Shown here: positions 11,024 to 21,672 of the stretch, in pieces
How the letters are laid out: every line of letters begins with the position of its first letter
How positions within the stretch are numbered: position 1 is the first letter of the stretch
Assembly: GCA_963829055.1 (NCBI GenBank)
Contig: CAWHHI010000020.1
Span: 352,001 to 416,000 of the forward strand
DNA length: 64,000 nucleotides
Direction of reading: 5' to 3'
Source of the DNA: an uncultured Gemmatimonadaceae bacterium
GTDB lineage: Bacteria; Gemmatimonadota; Gemmatimonadetes; Gemmatimonadales; Gemmatimonadaceae
Translations under genes and position numbers: made by a program
The notes under the pieces: model-generated
Database searches by the model: none
The model's input: the letters and a program-made list of their open reading frames with translations, nothing else
What the model was told of the DNA's origin: nothing

Positions 11024-11239
11024 ACAGGATTGGCAGGATGGACAGGATTGAACAGAGGCTCCGTGTCGCGCCCAACGCCCCTCCCGCAACGAGCCCAGGA
11101 TGAGAGGAACAGCCGCTCGGGACGCCACTCTCCCCGAGATGTGTTCCTACATTCGTTAGGCCCCGGCGACGCGCTCCCCGACGCCGAAGCGGTCATCTTC
11201 TCAATCCTGCCAATCCTGGCCATCCTGTCCTGCAGTTGC
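11024..11239. repeat. Inverted pair of (NNCAGGATN)3 nonamer arrays
   Basis: ACAGGATTGGCAGGATGGACAGGATTGA (11024) versus TCAATCCTGCCAATCCTGGCCATCCTGT (11201), followed by GCAGTTGC complementary to the microsatellite. Confidence 0.8.
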
Positions 11240-11393
11240 TGTTTACGCCGCGAGAAATCCCCGCATCCCAGTGGTTGGAGTGTCCCGCCACGGTCAGAAC
11301 GACGTCCGGTGATCGAAGGCGACGTCGTCAGGCGTGGAGCGCGCCCTTGATGCTCGTGATTGCCTGCTGAATCGCTCCTCGTCGTGCAGACTT

Positions 11394-11906
11394 CTACGCG
11401 GGGCTCCCGGTCGATGCGCCTCGCAGCGCCGCTTCCAGCGCGCGAGCGTCGCGCGCACCGGTATACCTGACTCCGTTGATGAACATCGTCGGCGTTCCGT
11501 GAACGCCCAGGGCGAGTCCGCTCCGCACGTCGGCTTCCACGCGTTCGGCGTAGGCATGCGTGCGCAGCGCGTCTCGCGCCCGAGTCTCGTCGATGCCGAG
11601 CTCCGTCGCGTACCTAACGAGATCCGCGTCCTCCAGCTCATGCTGATGTTTGAACAGCTGGACGTGCATCTCCCAGAACTTTCCTTCCGCGTCCGCCAGC
11701 TCGGCGGCTTCGGCGGCGTGCTGGGCGTGCGGGTGGATCGTCCGGAGCGGGAAGTGGCGATACACGTAGCGCAGTGTATCACCGAGTCGTGGCCGCACGC
11801 GCTGGAGCGCGACGTGGGCGACTCGCGTATCCGGGCACTCGTAGTCACCGTAGACGATGAGCGTCACCGGGGCATCGTCGGGGCCGTCCACGTGCTCTGC
11901 GCTCAT
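11394..11906 (-). CDS. DsbA-family thioredoxin-fold protein
   Basis: GPDDAPVTLIVYGDYECPDT, YRHFPL, AAEAA, FWEMH, GVHGTPTMFING. Confidence 0.9.
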   Translation of the reverse strand: MSAEHVDGPDDAPVTLIVYGDYECPDTRVAHVALQRVRPRLGDTLRYVYRHFPLRTIHPHAQHAAEAAELADAEGKFWEMHVQLFKHQHELEDADLVRYATELGIDETRARDALRTHAYAERVEADVRSGLALGVHGTPTMFINGVRYTGARDARALEAALRGASTGSPA

Positions 11907-11927
11907 CTCGGCTCGATCAGTGTCCGA

Positions 11928-12986
11928 TCAGTATCCGGCGACTTCGATGACAGCGTCGGCAAAGGCCTTCGGTGCCTCCTGCGGCAGATTGTGGCCGACG
12001 CCCTTGATGATCCGGTGGGTTCGCTTGCCCGTGAACTTGCTGGCGTACGATGAACCGTCTGTGGCAGGGGCGACACCATCGGAATCGCCATCGAGCGTGA
12101 TCGTGGGCACGCCAATCGCCGGGCCTAACGCCAGCTTCTTTTCGAGCTCGGCGTATTGCGGCTCGCCGTCGGCCAGGCTCAGACGCCAGCGGTAGTTGTG
12201 GATCACGATGCTGATGTAATCCGGGTTGTCGAACGACGCCGCGGCGCGATCGAACGCGGCGTCACTGAAGTTCCACTTCGGTGAGTTCGCCTTCCAGATG
12301 AGATTCGCGAATTCGCGCCGGTTCGCGTCGTACCCCGCGCGGCCGCGTTCCGTCGCGAAGTAGAACTGGTACCACCATCCGTGCTCGACCTTCGGCGGCA
12401 ACGGCAGCTTGTTGCGCTCGAGGTTGTTGATCAGGTACCCGTTCACCGACACCATGGCCTTGCACCGCTCCGGCCAGAGCGCCGCGATGATGTTGGCGGT
12501 TCGCGCTCCCCAATCATAGCCGGCCAGGATCGGCTTCTCGATCCGGAGCGCATCCATGAACGCGATGATGTCGAGTGCGACGGCGGCCTGCTGCGCATTT
12601 CTGAAGGTGGCGTCTGAAAGAAAACGCGTGGTGCCGTGCCCGCGCAGATGCGGCACGATCACGCGGAAGCCGGCTGAGGCGAGCAGAGGCGCGACATCGA
12701 CGAAGCTGTGGATGTCGTACGGCCAGCCGTGCAGCAGCATCACCACGGGACCGTTCGCCGGTCCGGATTCGGCGTATCCGACGTTCAGCACCCCGGCGTC
12801 GATCTGCTTGAGCGGCCCGAACGACGTGTTCGTTTCTGACTTCATCGGCGGAAGGCGCGCGGGCAACGTCTCACTGGCGTCGGCGTCGCCAGCGCTGAAC
12901 ATGCCGAGTCCCGCACCGGCGATGGTCATGGCCGCGGTGCCTAACAGGCGACGGCGGTCGTGATCGACGTGCTCATTGATATTCAC
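11928..12986 (-). CDS. Tat-signal alpha/beta hydrolase (epoxide-hydrolase-like)
   Basis: DHDRRRLLG leader; LLHGWP, GYDWGA, GHNLPQE. Confidence 0.9.
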   Translation of the reverse strand: MNINEHVDHDRRRLLGTAAMTIAGAGLGMFSAGDADASETLPARLPPMKSETNTSFGPLKQIDAGVLNVGYAESGPANGPVVMLLHGWPYDIHSFVDVAPLLASAGFRVIVPHLRGHGTTRFLSDATFRNAQQAAVALDIIAFMDALRIEKPILAGYDWGARTANIIAALWPERCKAMVSVNGYLINNLERNKLPLPPKVEHGWWYQFYFATERGRAGYDANRREFANLIWKANSPKWNFSDAAFDRAAASFDNPDYISIVIHNYRWRLSLADGEPQYAELEKKLALGPAIGVPTITLDGDSDGVAPATDGSSYASKFTGKRTHRIIKGVGHNLPQEAPKAFADAVIEVAGY

Positions 12987-13021
12987 CGTGCCTCCATGTC
13001 CCGTTCACGTTGTGCATTCTG

Positions 13022-13258
13022 TTAGGCAGCGCCGTCGGCCGGAGCGAGCACGGCACGGGCTGCGTCGAGCGCGTCTGCCGGCACGCGCACGGTCGCGCCG
13101 CGGGCGGTCGCACCCAGGAACCCAGGGCCAAAGATGCCGACCGTGTCATTGCTGTCGCGCACCGCGCGGATGCCTGCCGCTTCCAGCTGGGCTACCGCGA
13201 GATCCGCCTCGAATCCCGACGAGAACGTAACCACATCGACCCACCCGCTTGCTGTCAT
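13022..13258 (-). CDS. DUF2007-like small protein
   Basis: WVDVVTF..FEADLAVAQLEAAGI...VRVPADALDAARAVL; GGAGAGG SD. Confidence 0.75.
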   Translation of the reverse strand: MTASGWVDVVTFSSGFEADLAVAQLEAAGIRAVRDSNDTVGIFGPGFLGATARGATVRVPADALDAARAVLAPADGAA

Positions 13259-13417
13259 GGCCTCTCCCCCGTGGTTGCTTCGTGCCCCTTACCGTGAGAT
13301 GACACGTGAGATGACAATGCGGCATTCCAGGGCGGACGTCGATCATCCTTTGGTGTCGGTCTGCGGCCAGCATGGGCGACTGAGCGCTCCATGGATGCCT
13401 AACGCCACGAGATGGGC

Positions 13418-13433
13418 CGATACCATCGTGTAA
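13418..13433. promoter_or_regulatory. Class A 6-4-6 operator (CGATAC-CATC-GTGTAA)
   Basis: Reverse complement of the box at 23136; lies in a divergent intergenic region. Confidence 0.65.
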
Positions 13434-13589
13434 TGGAGCCGCCGCCACGATCGGGGCATCTGTGTATCGCATTCCAGTGCACCAACGCGCGATGACAGAG
13501 TGAGCATCCGAGTTCTCGTCGCTCACGAGCGAAGGCTCGCGGGCGCGAGCCGGACCGGGCGCCCACGCACCGAGAGGGAGTACACCACC

Positions 13590-14423
13590 ATGACCAGCAG
13601 CCGCATCGTCCGAGTCTCGCTCGCCGCCCTGACCGCCGCTGGGCTCTCCAGTGTCCTCGGCGCCCAATCCACGTTCGCCGGGATCGCGCCGCCGAGCGTG
13701 GCGGCTGAACGCGAAAGCGCCGGCGCGAGGCATGTCGCCCGGCCAACCATCGTCCTCGTCCACGGCGCGTTCGCCGACGGAACAGGATGGCAGCACGTGA
13801 TCCCGATCCTCGAGCGCGATGGCTACACCGTCATCGCGGTCCAGAATGCGCTCGCCTCGCTCGCCGGCGACGTGGAGACGACCAAGCGGGTGATCGACGC
13901 TCAGCAGGGCCCGGTAGTCGCCGTCGGCCACTCGTACGGAGGTGCGGTGATCACCGGCGCTGCGGCCGGAAACGCGAACGTGAAGGCACTCGTGTACATC
14001 GCCGCCTTCGCGCCCGAAGCCAACGAGCCCGTCGGCGCGTACAACGAGAAGTATCCGTCCGCCCTCGGCTCGGCGCTCAAGCCGGACGCGGCCGGGTTCC
14101 TCTACATCGACCGGGCGAAGTTCCGCGATCTTTTCGCAAGGGACGTGTCGGTGACGGAAGCGAGCGTGATGGCGGCGGCGCAGAAACCGGTGATCGGTAC
14201 GGCATTCGCCGCGTCCGTCCGCCAGGCGGCATGGAAGACCATACCGTCATGGTACGTGGTCGCGCAGGAAGACCGGGCCATCAATCCCGAGCTCGAGCGA
14301 TTCTACGCCAAGCGGATGGGCGCGAAGACCACCGAGATCAAGTCGAGTCACGTACCCTTCATCTCACACCCCGCGGAGATTGCGCGGCTGATCGAACAGG
14401 CGGCGAGTGCCGCGGTGAAATAG
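13590..14423 (+). CDS. Secreted alpha/beta hydrolase (Abhydrolase_6 type)
   Basis: Signal peptide; IVLVHGAFADG, GHSYGG, SSHVPFISHP; GAGGGAG SD. Confidence 0.9.
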   Translation: MTSSRIVRVSLAALTAAGLSSVLGAQSTFAGIAPPSVAAERESAGARHVARPTIVLVHGAFADGTGWQHVIPILERDGYTVIAVQNALASLAGDVETTKRVIDAQQGPVVAVGHSYGGAVITGAAAGNANVKALVYIAAFAPEANEPVGAYNEKYPSALGSALKPDAAGFLYIDRAKFRDLFARDVSVTEASVMAAAQKPVIGTAFAASVRQAAWKTIPSWYVVAQEDRAINPELERFYAKRMGAKTTEIKSSHVPFISHPAEIARLIEQAASAAVK

Positions 14424-14512
14424 CGCGTCCGATCCTGGTGGGCGCACACGAGCGGAGCGGTGGGCCGGCGCAACGCGGTCCGCCGCCCGGCATGATCGAT
14501 GGGAGGAACGAT

Positions 14513-15049
14513 ATGAACGAGCAGGAAGGAAGGGCTCGCTCGGCAGTCGCCAGCGAGCGGAAGACTGAGGTGGCCGTGCTCGCTGGCGGCTGCTTCTGGG
14601 GCGTCGAGGAGATCCTGCGCGATGTGCCCGGCGTGATCGACACCGACGTCGGGTACACCGGCGGGTGGCTGGAGAATCCGACGTACCACGACACGCACGA
14701 CAGCAAGTCGGGCCACGCCGAGTCCATTCGCGTGACGTTCGACCCGTCGGTGCTCAGCTACGAAGACCTGCTCGAGCAGTGGTTCTTCAAGCTGCACGAC
14801 CCGACGACGCTCAACCGGCAGGGCAACGACATCGGGACGCAATACCGCTCAGCGATTTTCCCGCAGACGCCGGAGCAGAAAGCCACGGCAGAGCGGGTGA
14901 TTGCCCGTGTGCAGGCGTCGGGCAAATGGAAGCGGCCGATCACGACGAGCATCGAGCCCGCGTCCACGTGGTACAGCGCGGAGGGGTATCACCAGGACTA
15001 CCTGCGCAAGAATCCCGGCGGGTACACCTGCCACTTCATGCGCGACTAG
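14513..15049 (+). CDS. msrA: Peptide-methionine (S)-S-oxide reductase
   Basis: GGCFWG, HDPTTLNRQGNDIGTQYRS, AEGYHQDY, GYTCH; GGAGG SD. Confidence 0.95.
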   Translation: MNEQEGRARSAVASERKTEVAVLAGGCFWGVEEILRDVPGVIDTDVGYTGGWLENPTYHDTHDSKSGHAESIRVTFDPSVLSYEDLLEQWFFKLHDPTTLNRQGNDIGTQYRSAIFPQTPEQKATAERVIARVQASGKWKRPITTSIEPASTWYSAEGYHQDYLRKNPGGYTCHFMRD

Positions 15050-15284
15050 TCTAGAACACGCACGCCGCACGGGGGCCCTACGGCGCGCGTGAATTGCAAG
15101 CGAACGGCGCCGGCCGGTACTCCGCGACGCAGGTCGCTCTCCACTCGCAGACCTCGCAGCGAAACTGCACAGCAACGGCATTTCTTTCTGCGTTTTCTGC
15201 GCATGGCCGCGCAGCGCTCTCGCGTTCTGCGTTCCGAGTCGCACACCCGCGAGTGACAGGCGACATGTACTCGCAGGTTCCACA

Positions 15285-16377
15285 CTACCCGAACGTGAAC
15301 ACGAAGGCCTCCGCGCCCGCATCGAGGAACTCGATCGTGAACTGTCGATCGGCGATCGGCTTCGGGTGGCGAATCAGCTGATACAACCGCTGTTCGACCA
15401 CCGTGCCATTGCCCTGGTCATCGACGTCGACGCCGTGCGCTGCGCCCGGAGCCTGTCCATCGACCAGCACCCGAAACCGAACCGGTACGCCCCGCACCGC
15501 AGGGCCCATGACCAGATTGAGGTCGCGAGCGTGGAAGCAGTAGGTGATCTTCCCGTTAGGCGTGTTGAGCGCCGCAGCGCCCTGGCTCACCGTCCAGTCA
15601 CCGGAGAGGGCCCACTGATTGAGTCGCAATCGCGGTGGACCGGCATACACGTGGCGCTCGTCCACCGCGGCGCCGCCAGGTGACGCGAAGTTCTCGGCTC
15701 GTCCGTAGCCGACATAGTTCTCGGCAGACTTGAGGCTGCCCCAATCGGCCGCAACTTCAGCGCCTTGGGGCACGACGGAAACGAGCTCGGAACCCGAAGC
15801 CGCGCGCCCCGGCGTCCTTCAGCAGCCGCTGAATGTTGCGCTCTGATTGATCGTACGCCTCTTCGCCGAAGTGCTGGTAGCGGATTCGCCCATCACCGTC
15901 GAGCAGATAGAGCGCGGGCCAATAGTTGTTGTCGAACGCGCGCCAGATGGAGAAGTCGTTGTCGACCGCGATCGGATAGTCGACCCGCATCTCCTTTGCC
16001 GATCGGCGAATGTTCTCGAGGTCGTGCTCGAACGGGAACTCGGGCGAGTGCACGCCGATCACGACGAGTCCATGCGCTTTGTACTTCTCGGCCCACGCGC
16101 GGACGTACGGAAGGGTGCGCAGCCAGTTGACGCAGGTGTAGGTCCAGACGTCGATGAGGACGACCTTTCCACGGAGGTCACCGGCTGTGAGCGGTGGCGA
16201 GTTGAGCCACGCGGTCGCCGTCCGAAGAGAGGCCAACTGACCTTCACCGGCCAGGTGAGGCAGCGGATGTGTCATGGTTCGCCTGAGAGGATTGTAGAGG
16301 CCCAGCCGCGCACCGGCGACGGCCATCGCTCCGGCGCCTAACAAGCGGCGGCGGTCGTGGTCGATGAAGTCTGACAT
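15285..16377 (-). CDS. Tat-signal redoxin with DipZ-like C-terminal domain (frameshift near 15790)
   Basis: DHDRRRLLG; WLNSPPL..LRGKVVLIDVWTYTCVNW, GVHSPEF, NNYWPALY; C-terminal KSAENYVGY...RLYQLI...AFVFTFG. Confidence 0.85.
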
Positions 16378-16409
16378 GGTATCTCCAGGGTGTCCTGAAC
16401 TTCGCCGCA

Positions 16410-17629
16410 CTACGGTCGCAGCGACCTGAACGCGGCCCGGATCTCCTGAGCGAAGAGCTGCGGCTGCTCCCACGCCGCGAAGTGACCGCCCTTATCGACC
16501 TCGTGCCAGTAGATGAGCCTGGGAAAGGTCTTCTCGCCCCAGCTTCGTGGCGCGCGGTAGATCTCGCCGGGGAACACCGTCACCGCGACCGGCACTTTCG
16601 TATTCTCGAAGGCGTTGAACGGCCCGCCTCCGCCCTGCGCAGCGTCCCAGTAGGACCGCGACGAGGACGTGCCGGTGTTCGTCAGCCAGTAGAGCGTGAC
16701 GTCGTCGAGCATCTCATCGCGCGTGAACACTTTCTCCGGCTCGCGACCACTATCCGTCCACTCCGCGAACTTGTCGTAGTAGAACGCGAGCATGCCGACC
16801 GGCGAATCCGCGAGACTGTAGCCGATGGTCTGCGGGCGCGTGTTCATCATCTCGGCGTAGCCGAACCCCTTCCGGTAGAAGTACTCGAGCCCCGCGAACG
16901 CCGTCTTCTCCGCGTCAGAGAGGTTCGCGGGTGCCGGCTTGCGGTTGCGAATGAGCTCCAGCACGCTGGGCGGCACGGTGCCAGGCATGTTGATGTGGAT
17001 GCCTAACAAGCCTTCCGGCGCCTGCACCGCCATTATCTCCGAGATGATCGCGCCCCAGTCGCCGCCCTGCGATACGTATTGCGTGTATCCAAGGCGCTGC
17101 ATCAGCTCGTGCCACGCCTGGGCGACATGGGCCGGACCCCAGTTAGCGTCTTTTGGCTTGCCCGAGAAGCCGTAGCCCGGATACGTGGGCAGCACGAGGT
17201 CGAACGCGTCTTCCGCACGCCCGCCATACGCGGTCGGATCAGTCAGCGGACCAATCACCTTGAGCAGCTCGAGCGGCGAGCCCGGCCAGCCGTGCGTCAT
17301 GAGCAGCGGCATCGCCTTCGGGTGGCGAGATTTCACGTGGATGAACTGAATGTCCAGGCCGTCGATCGTCGTCACGAACTGCGGCAGCGCATTGAGCTTC
17401 GTCTCCGCCTTCCGCCAGTCGTAGTTCGTCCCCCAGTACTTCGCGAGCGCCTCGATCTTCGCCAGTTGCGCTCCCTGCGAGTGATCGGAGACGTTCTCTC
17501 GCTCGGGCCACCGGGTGGCCGCAATGCGTCGCTTGAGGTCGACGAGCGCCGCATCGGGGACGCTGATGCGGAACGGGCGGATGGTCTTGTCACTGGCCGC
17601 GGAGCGCGGCGCGTCGCGAGTTGCGTCAA
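16410..17629 (-). CDS. Epoxide hydrolase (EHN plus alpha/beta fold), paralog 1; N-terminus uncertain or frameshifted
   Basis: IRPFRI, YDWRKAE, THGWPGS, QGGDWG, GGHFAAWEQP. Confidence 0.9.
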
Positions 17630-17730
17630 GGTCGACTCCGTGCGTGATGACGGTTTGGCCTGAGGCTCGAGGCGTGCGCCCTGGGCTAAACGCACGGAGG
17701 CAAACTTGCCGGACGCGGATGGCAGTGCCA

Positions 17731-17951
17731 TTGCACGATGGTATCGACCACCGGCGAGGCGCGTTAGGCAGTATGCTACCGCCGGCGTGCGACACGCGGG
17801 AGCTGCTGGGGCGCCGCCACCCGCCCGCGAGCGGCTCGTCCTCGAGCCCGCGTGCCGTCGATGTCGGCCGGATGCCGCCGCTCGGTGGGGCGACCCACAG
17901 CCGCCCGGCCTCACGTGCGGCTCGCCTTCCCGGATCAATACCAAGGTATGA
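17731..17951. promoter_or_regulatory. Two class A operators in a divergent promoter region
   Basis: TTGCAC-GATG-GTATCG (17731) and CAATAC-CAAG-GTATGA (17936). Confidence 0.65.
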
Positions 17952-18013
17952 TGGACGCTCAGTGCGCGACCGGGACATCATTCCGCAGCGGGCAATGTCG
18001 CCCAGGGAGCCTC

Positions 18014-20514
18014 ATGGAGAACGAAATCGCCCGCTTCGTCGATGCGCTTCCAGGATCGGTCTTCACGGCACCCCCTGACGGACGTTTCGACCTCGTCAGA
18101 TCGGTTCTCGACGACCTTCCGGTGCTCAGTGCGGTCATGGACGCATCCGGTCGGCTCGAATTCGCCAATCGCCAGCTCCTGGCGTACTTCGGGAAATCGC
18201 TCGAGGAGCTGAAGGATTGGGGAAGTGCGGGCATCATTCATCCGGATGACCTTCCGGGCGTATGCGAGGCGTGGGAGTCGAGCGCTCCAGAGCGGCACGC
18301 CGTTGGACATCGAGTATCGCAATCGCTGCGCCGATGGCGTCTACCGGTGGTTCCAGACACGCGGGTCGCCCATCCGGGACGCGGAAGGGCGCATCGTCCT
18401 CTGGCACATCGTTCCGTTGGACATCGACGACCGGAAACGGGCCGAGACCGAGCTCGCCGGCGAGAAACAACTCCTGGAGATGATCGCGTCGGGGCGTCCG
18501 CTTCCGGACGTGCTCGACGCGTTATGCAAGTTCTTCGAAACGGCGGCCACCGGCTGTTTGTGCGGCGTCTACCCTATCGACTGGAGCGGTCCGACGTTCC
18601 AGAACGCGGCGGCACCATCGCTCCCCGCCAGCTACATCGCCCCGATGGAGGGCCTGCCTGTGCGTCTGGACGTCGCCCCGTGTGGGGTAGCAGCCCAGAC
18701 GAGGACGCAGGTGATCGTCGAGGACATTCGAGTCGGACTCGCGCTGGCGCGACTCGTCGTATCGGGCCCACGTATTGGGGCATGCCCTGAGATCGGTGTG
18801 GAGCACGCCAATCTCCTCACTCGATGGCCGCGTCCTCGGCACGTTCTGCATCTACCGACGCACGCCGGCGACGCCGTCCTCGCATCAGCAGGAGCTCATC
18901 GCACAGGTCACACACATCGCGAGCATCGCCCTCGACCGCGAGCGAAAGGAGGCGGAGCTCAAGCGGAGCGAAGCGTTCCTGGCGCAGGCCCAACGGCTGA
19001 CATTCACGGGTAGCCTCTGGTGGAAGACATCGACCGGCGAGATTACCTGGTCGGAGGAGAGCTACCGGCTCCTGGAGTACCCCGTCACCGTGACGCCGAC
19101 GGTAGAGTTGATTCTGAGGCGGTGTCACCCGGAGGACCTGCCGCTGGTGCAGGAGAAAGTCGCGTCAGCCGTCCGTGATGGCGTCAACACGGACTTCGAG
19201 CATCGACTCGTCATGCCTAACGGCGCTGTCAAGCACATACACATTGTCATGCAGAACGTCGGGTTCGATTCCGGCGCCCCCGAGTTCGTGGGGGCTGTCA
19301 CCGACATCACGGAGTGGAAGCTGGCGCAGGAGAAGCTGCGCCAGAGCGAGACGTATCTGGCCGAAGCGCAGAAGTTGAGTCTCACGGGCAGCATCGGGTG
19401 GCGTGTTGCCGACGACCAACATTTCTGGTCCGACGAGACGTACCGCATCTTCGGCTACCACCCGTCCACGCTCATATCGTTTCCCCTGATTCTCCAGCGC
19501 GTGCATCCCGAGGATCTCGAGCTGGTGCAGCAAGCGCTGGCCGAGGCGCAGGATGGCAGGGACTTCGACTACGAATATCGGCTGCTCATGCCGGATGGCT
19601 CGGTCAAGCACCTCCATCTCGTCGCGCACGGGATGCGGGACCAGAACGGTCGGCTGGAATACATTGGGGCCGTTCAGGACGTCACCCAGCAGCGGCGCTC
19701 GGAAGAAGCACTCGGCGAGCTCCGGTCGGAGCTCGCGCACGTCTCCAGAGTGACGAGCCTCGGGACGCTGACCGCGTCGATCGCGCACGAAGTCAGTCAG
19801 CCGCTCTCGGGGATCATCACGAACGCGAGCACGTGCCTTCGGATGCTGGCGAGCGAGCCGCCTAACGTCGACGGCGCGCGCGAGACGGCGCGGCGGACGA
19901 TCCGCGACGGCCATCGCGCGTCGGAAGTGATCACACGATTGCGCGCGCTCTTCGCGAGAAAGACCCCCACGATGGAGCCCGTAGAGCTGAACGAGGCGAC
20001 GCGAGAGGTGATGGCGCTGTCGCGGAGCGAGCTGCAGCGAAGCCGGACGACGATCCGTATGGAACTGGCCGAAGACCTTCCGCTCGTGATGGGGGATCGC
20101 GTCCAGCTGCAGCAGGTCATCATGAACCTGCTCCGAAACGCGTCGGAGGCGATGAGCGAGGTCGACGATCGGCCACGGGAGATCGTGATCAGGACGGCGC
20201 GCGACGAGGACGATCGAGTCGTCGTGAGCGTGCAGGACGCGGGATCTGGTTTCGAGCCGCACAGCGCGGAGAAGATGTTCGACGCGTTCTATACGACGAA
20301 GCAGCATGGGATGGGCATCGGACTTTCCGTGAGCCGATCGATCATCGAGAGCCATCGTGGCCGCCTGTGGGCAGTCCCTAACGATGGCCCTGGCGTCACG
20401 TTCTCGTTTTCGATCCCTCGAAGCCTGGAGGAAGAGGGGGTCGAAGCGCATGAACATGGTGATTTCTCGACGTCGCTCGTCGCGCCTGACGTGCCCGCGC
20501 TGGGCACCGTATGA
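18014..20514 (+). CDS. Cytoplasmic multi-PAS/GAF histidine kinase (NodV-like); frameshifts near 18285 and 18730
   Basis: Repeated PAS/PAC (IHPDD, YRWF, VHPED, DGSVKHLH), GAF; SIAHEVSQPL, QLQQVIMNLLRNA, GMGIGLSVSRSIIESHRG. Confidence 0.88.
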
Positions 20515-20885
20515 CGACAAGTCGTTCGCTCGTGTCGGTCGTCGATGACGACGAATCAGTGCGCGAGTCCCTGCCCGACCTGTTGCGGGAATTCGGGTTC
20601 GCCGCCCGGGCGTTCGCGTCCGCGGAGGAGTTCCTCGCATCCGATTGTGTCGCTCATACCAACTGCCTGATCCTCGACATCGCGATGCCGGGCATGGGCG
20701 GGCCTGCGCTGCAGCGCGAGCTGTCACGCCGTCAGTGGGCCATTCCCATCGTCTTCATCACCGCCAACCGGGACGACAGCATTCGTCCTCGGCTGCTCGA
20801 GGCCGGCGCGGTGGACTGTCTGTTCAAGCCGTTCAGCGAAACGGCGCTACTGGAGGCGCTCAGTGTTGCTCTTCGGAGCAACTGA
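20511..20885 (+). CDS. Single-domain response regulator
   Basis: VVDDDESVR, CLILDIAMPGM, FITA, LFKPF. Confidence 0.92.
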   Translation: MTTSRSLVSVVDDDESVRESLPDLLREFGFAARAFASAEEFLASDCVAHTNCLILDIAMPGMGGPALQRELSRRQWAIPIVFITANRDDSIRPRLLEAGAVDCLFKPFSETALLEALSVALRSN

Positions 20886-20920
20886 GCGACGGACCCCATG
20901 GTTGACCGCGGTGCACACGC

Positions 20921-21583
20921 ATGAGCTCAGCGACCTTGCCTAACGTCTCGACGAAACCGACCGACGCTCACCCCACACCGATCGTGTTCGTCGTCGACGA
21001 CGATGTGTCGGTACGCGAGTCGTTGGAGCTGTTGATTCACTCCGCCGGCTGGTCCCCGGAGACGTTCCCGTCCGCGGCGGCATTCCTGGCGAGGCCTCGT
21101 GTCGACGTTCCGAGTTGCCTGGTGCTCGACGTCTCGCTCCCCGACCTCAACGGCCTCGAGCTTCAGACGCGCATTGCCGACGATCGGTTCGAGCTGCCCA
21201 TCATCTTCATCACGGGGTACGGCGATGTGCCGATGACCGTCCGCGCGATGAAGGCCGGCGCCGTCGAGTTCCTGACGAAGCCCTTCAACGACGACGTGCT
21301 GTTGGGCGCCATCGCGGGTGCGCTCGAGCGGAGCAGCGCCGCACTCGGTCACGAGGCGGCGGTACGCGACGTCCGGGAGCGATACGCCTCCCTCAGCCGC
21401 CGCGAGCGGGAAGTGATGGCACGTGTGGTCTCGGGGATGCTCAACAAACAGATCGCCGGTGAGCTTCAGATCAGCGAGATCACCGTGAAGGCGCACCGTG
21501 GCAAGGTGATGCGAAAGATGAAGGCCGACTCGGTTGCCGACCTGGTGACCATCGCGGCGAGGCTCAAGATCCGTCATTCGTGA
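20921..21583 (+). CDS. FixJ/NodW/TodT-family response regulator
   Basis: VVDDDVSVRESL, FITGYGDVPMTVRAMKAGAVEFLTKPF, LNKQIA..ISEITVKAHRGKVMRKM. Confidence 0.95.
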   Translation: MSSATLPNVSTKPTDAHPTPIVFVVDDDVSVRESLELLIHSAGWSPETFPSAAAFLARPRVDVPSCLVLDVSLPDLNGLELQTRIADDRFELPIIFITGYGDVPMTVRAMKAGAVEFLTKPFNDDVLLGAIAGALERSSAALGHEAAVRDVRERYASLSRREREVMARVVSGMLNKQIAGELQISEITVKAHRGKVMRKMKADSVADLVTIAARLKIRHS

Positions 21584-21620
21584 CGGAGAAGTCGCGATCG
21601 TCATCGCCTAACGTGGGAAA

Positions 21621-21661
21621 CGCAGGAAAGCCGGAGGGCTCAGCCCTCCGGCTTTCCTGCG
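21621..21661. terminator. Hairpin between convergent genes, probable terminator
   Basis: CGCAGGAAAGCCGGAGGGCT / AGCCCTCCGGCTTTCCTGCG perfect inverted repeat. Confidence 0.8.
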
Positions 21662-21672
21662 CGCCAGTCACG

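Noticed and set aside
10953..11239. CRISPR array, or poly-Val, Cys-Ser and Gln-Leu ORFs
   Set aside because: No repeat-spacer periodicity and no cas genes; the ORFs are translations of the microsatellite.
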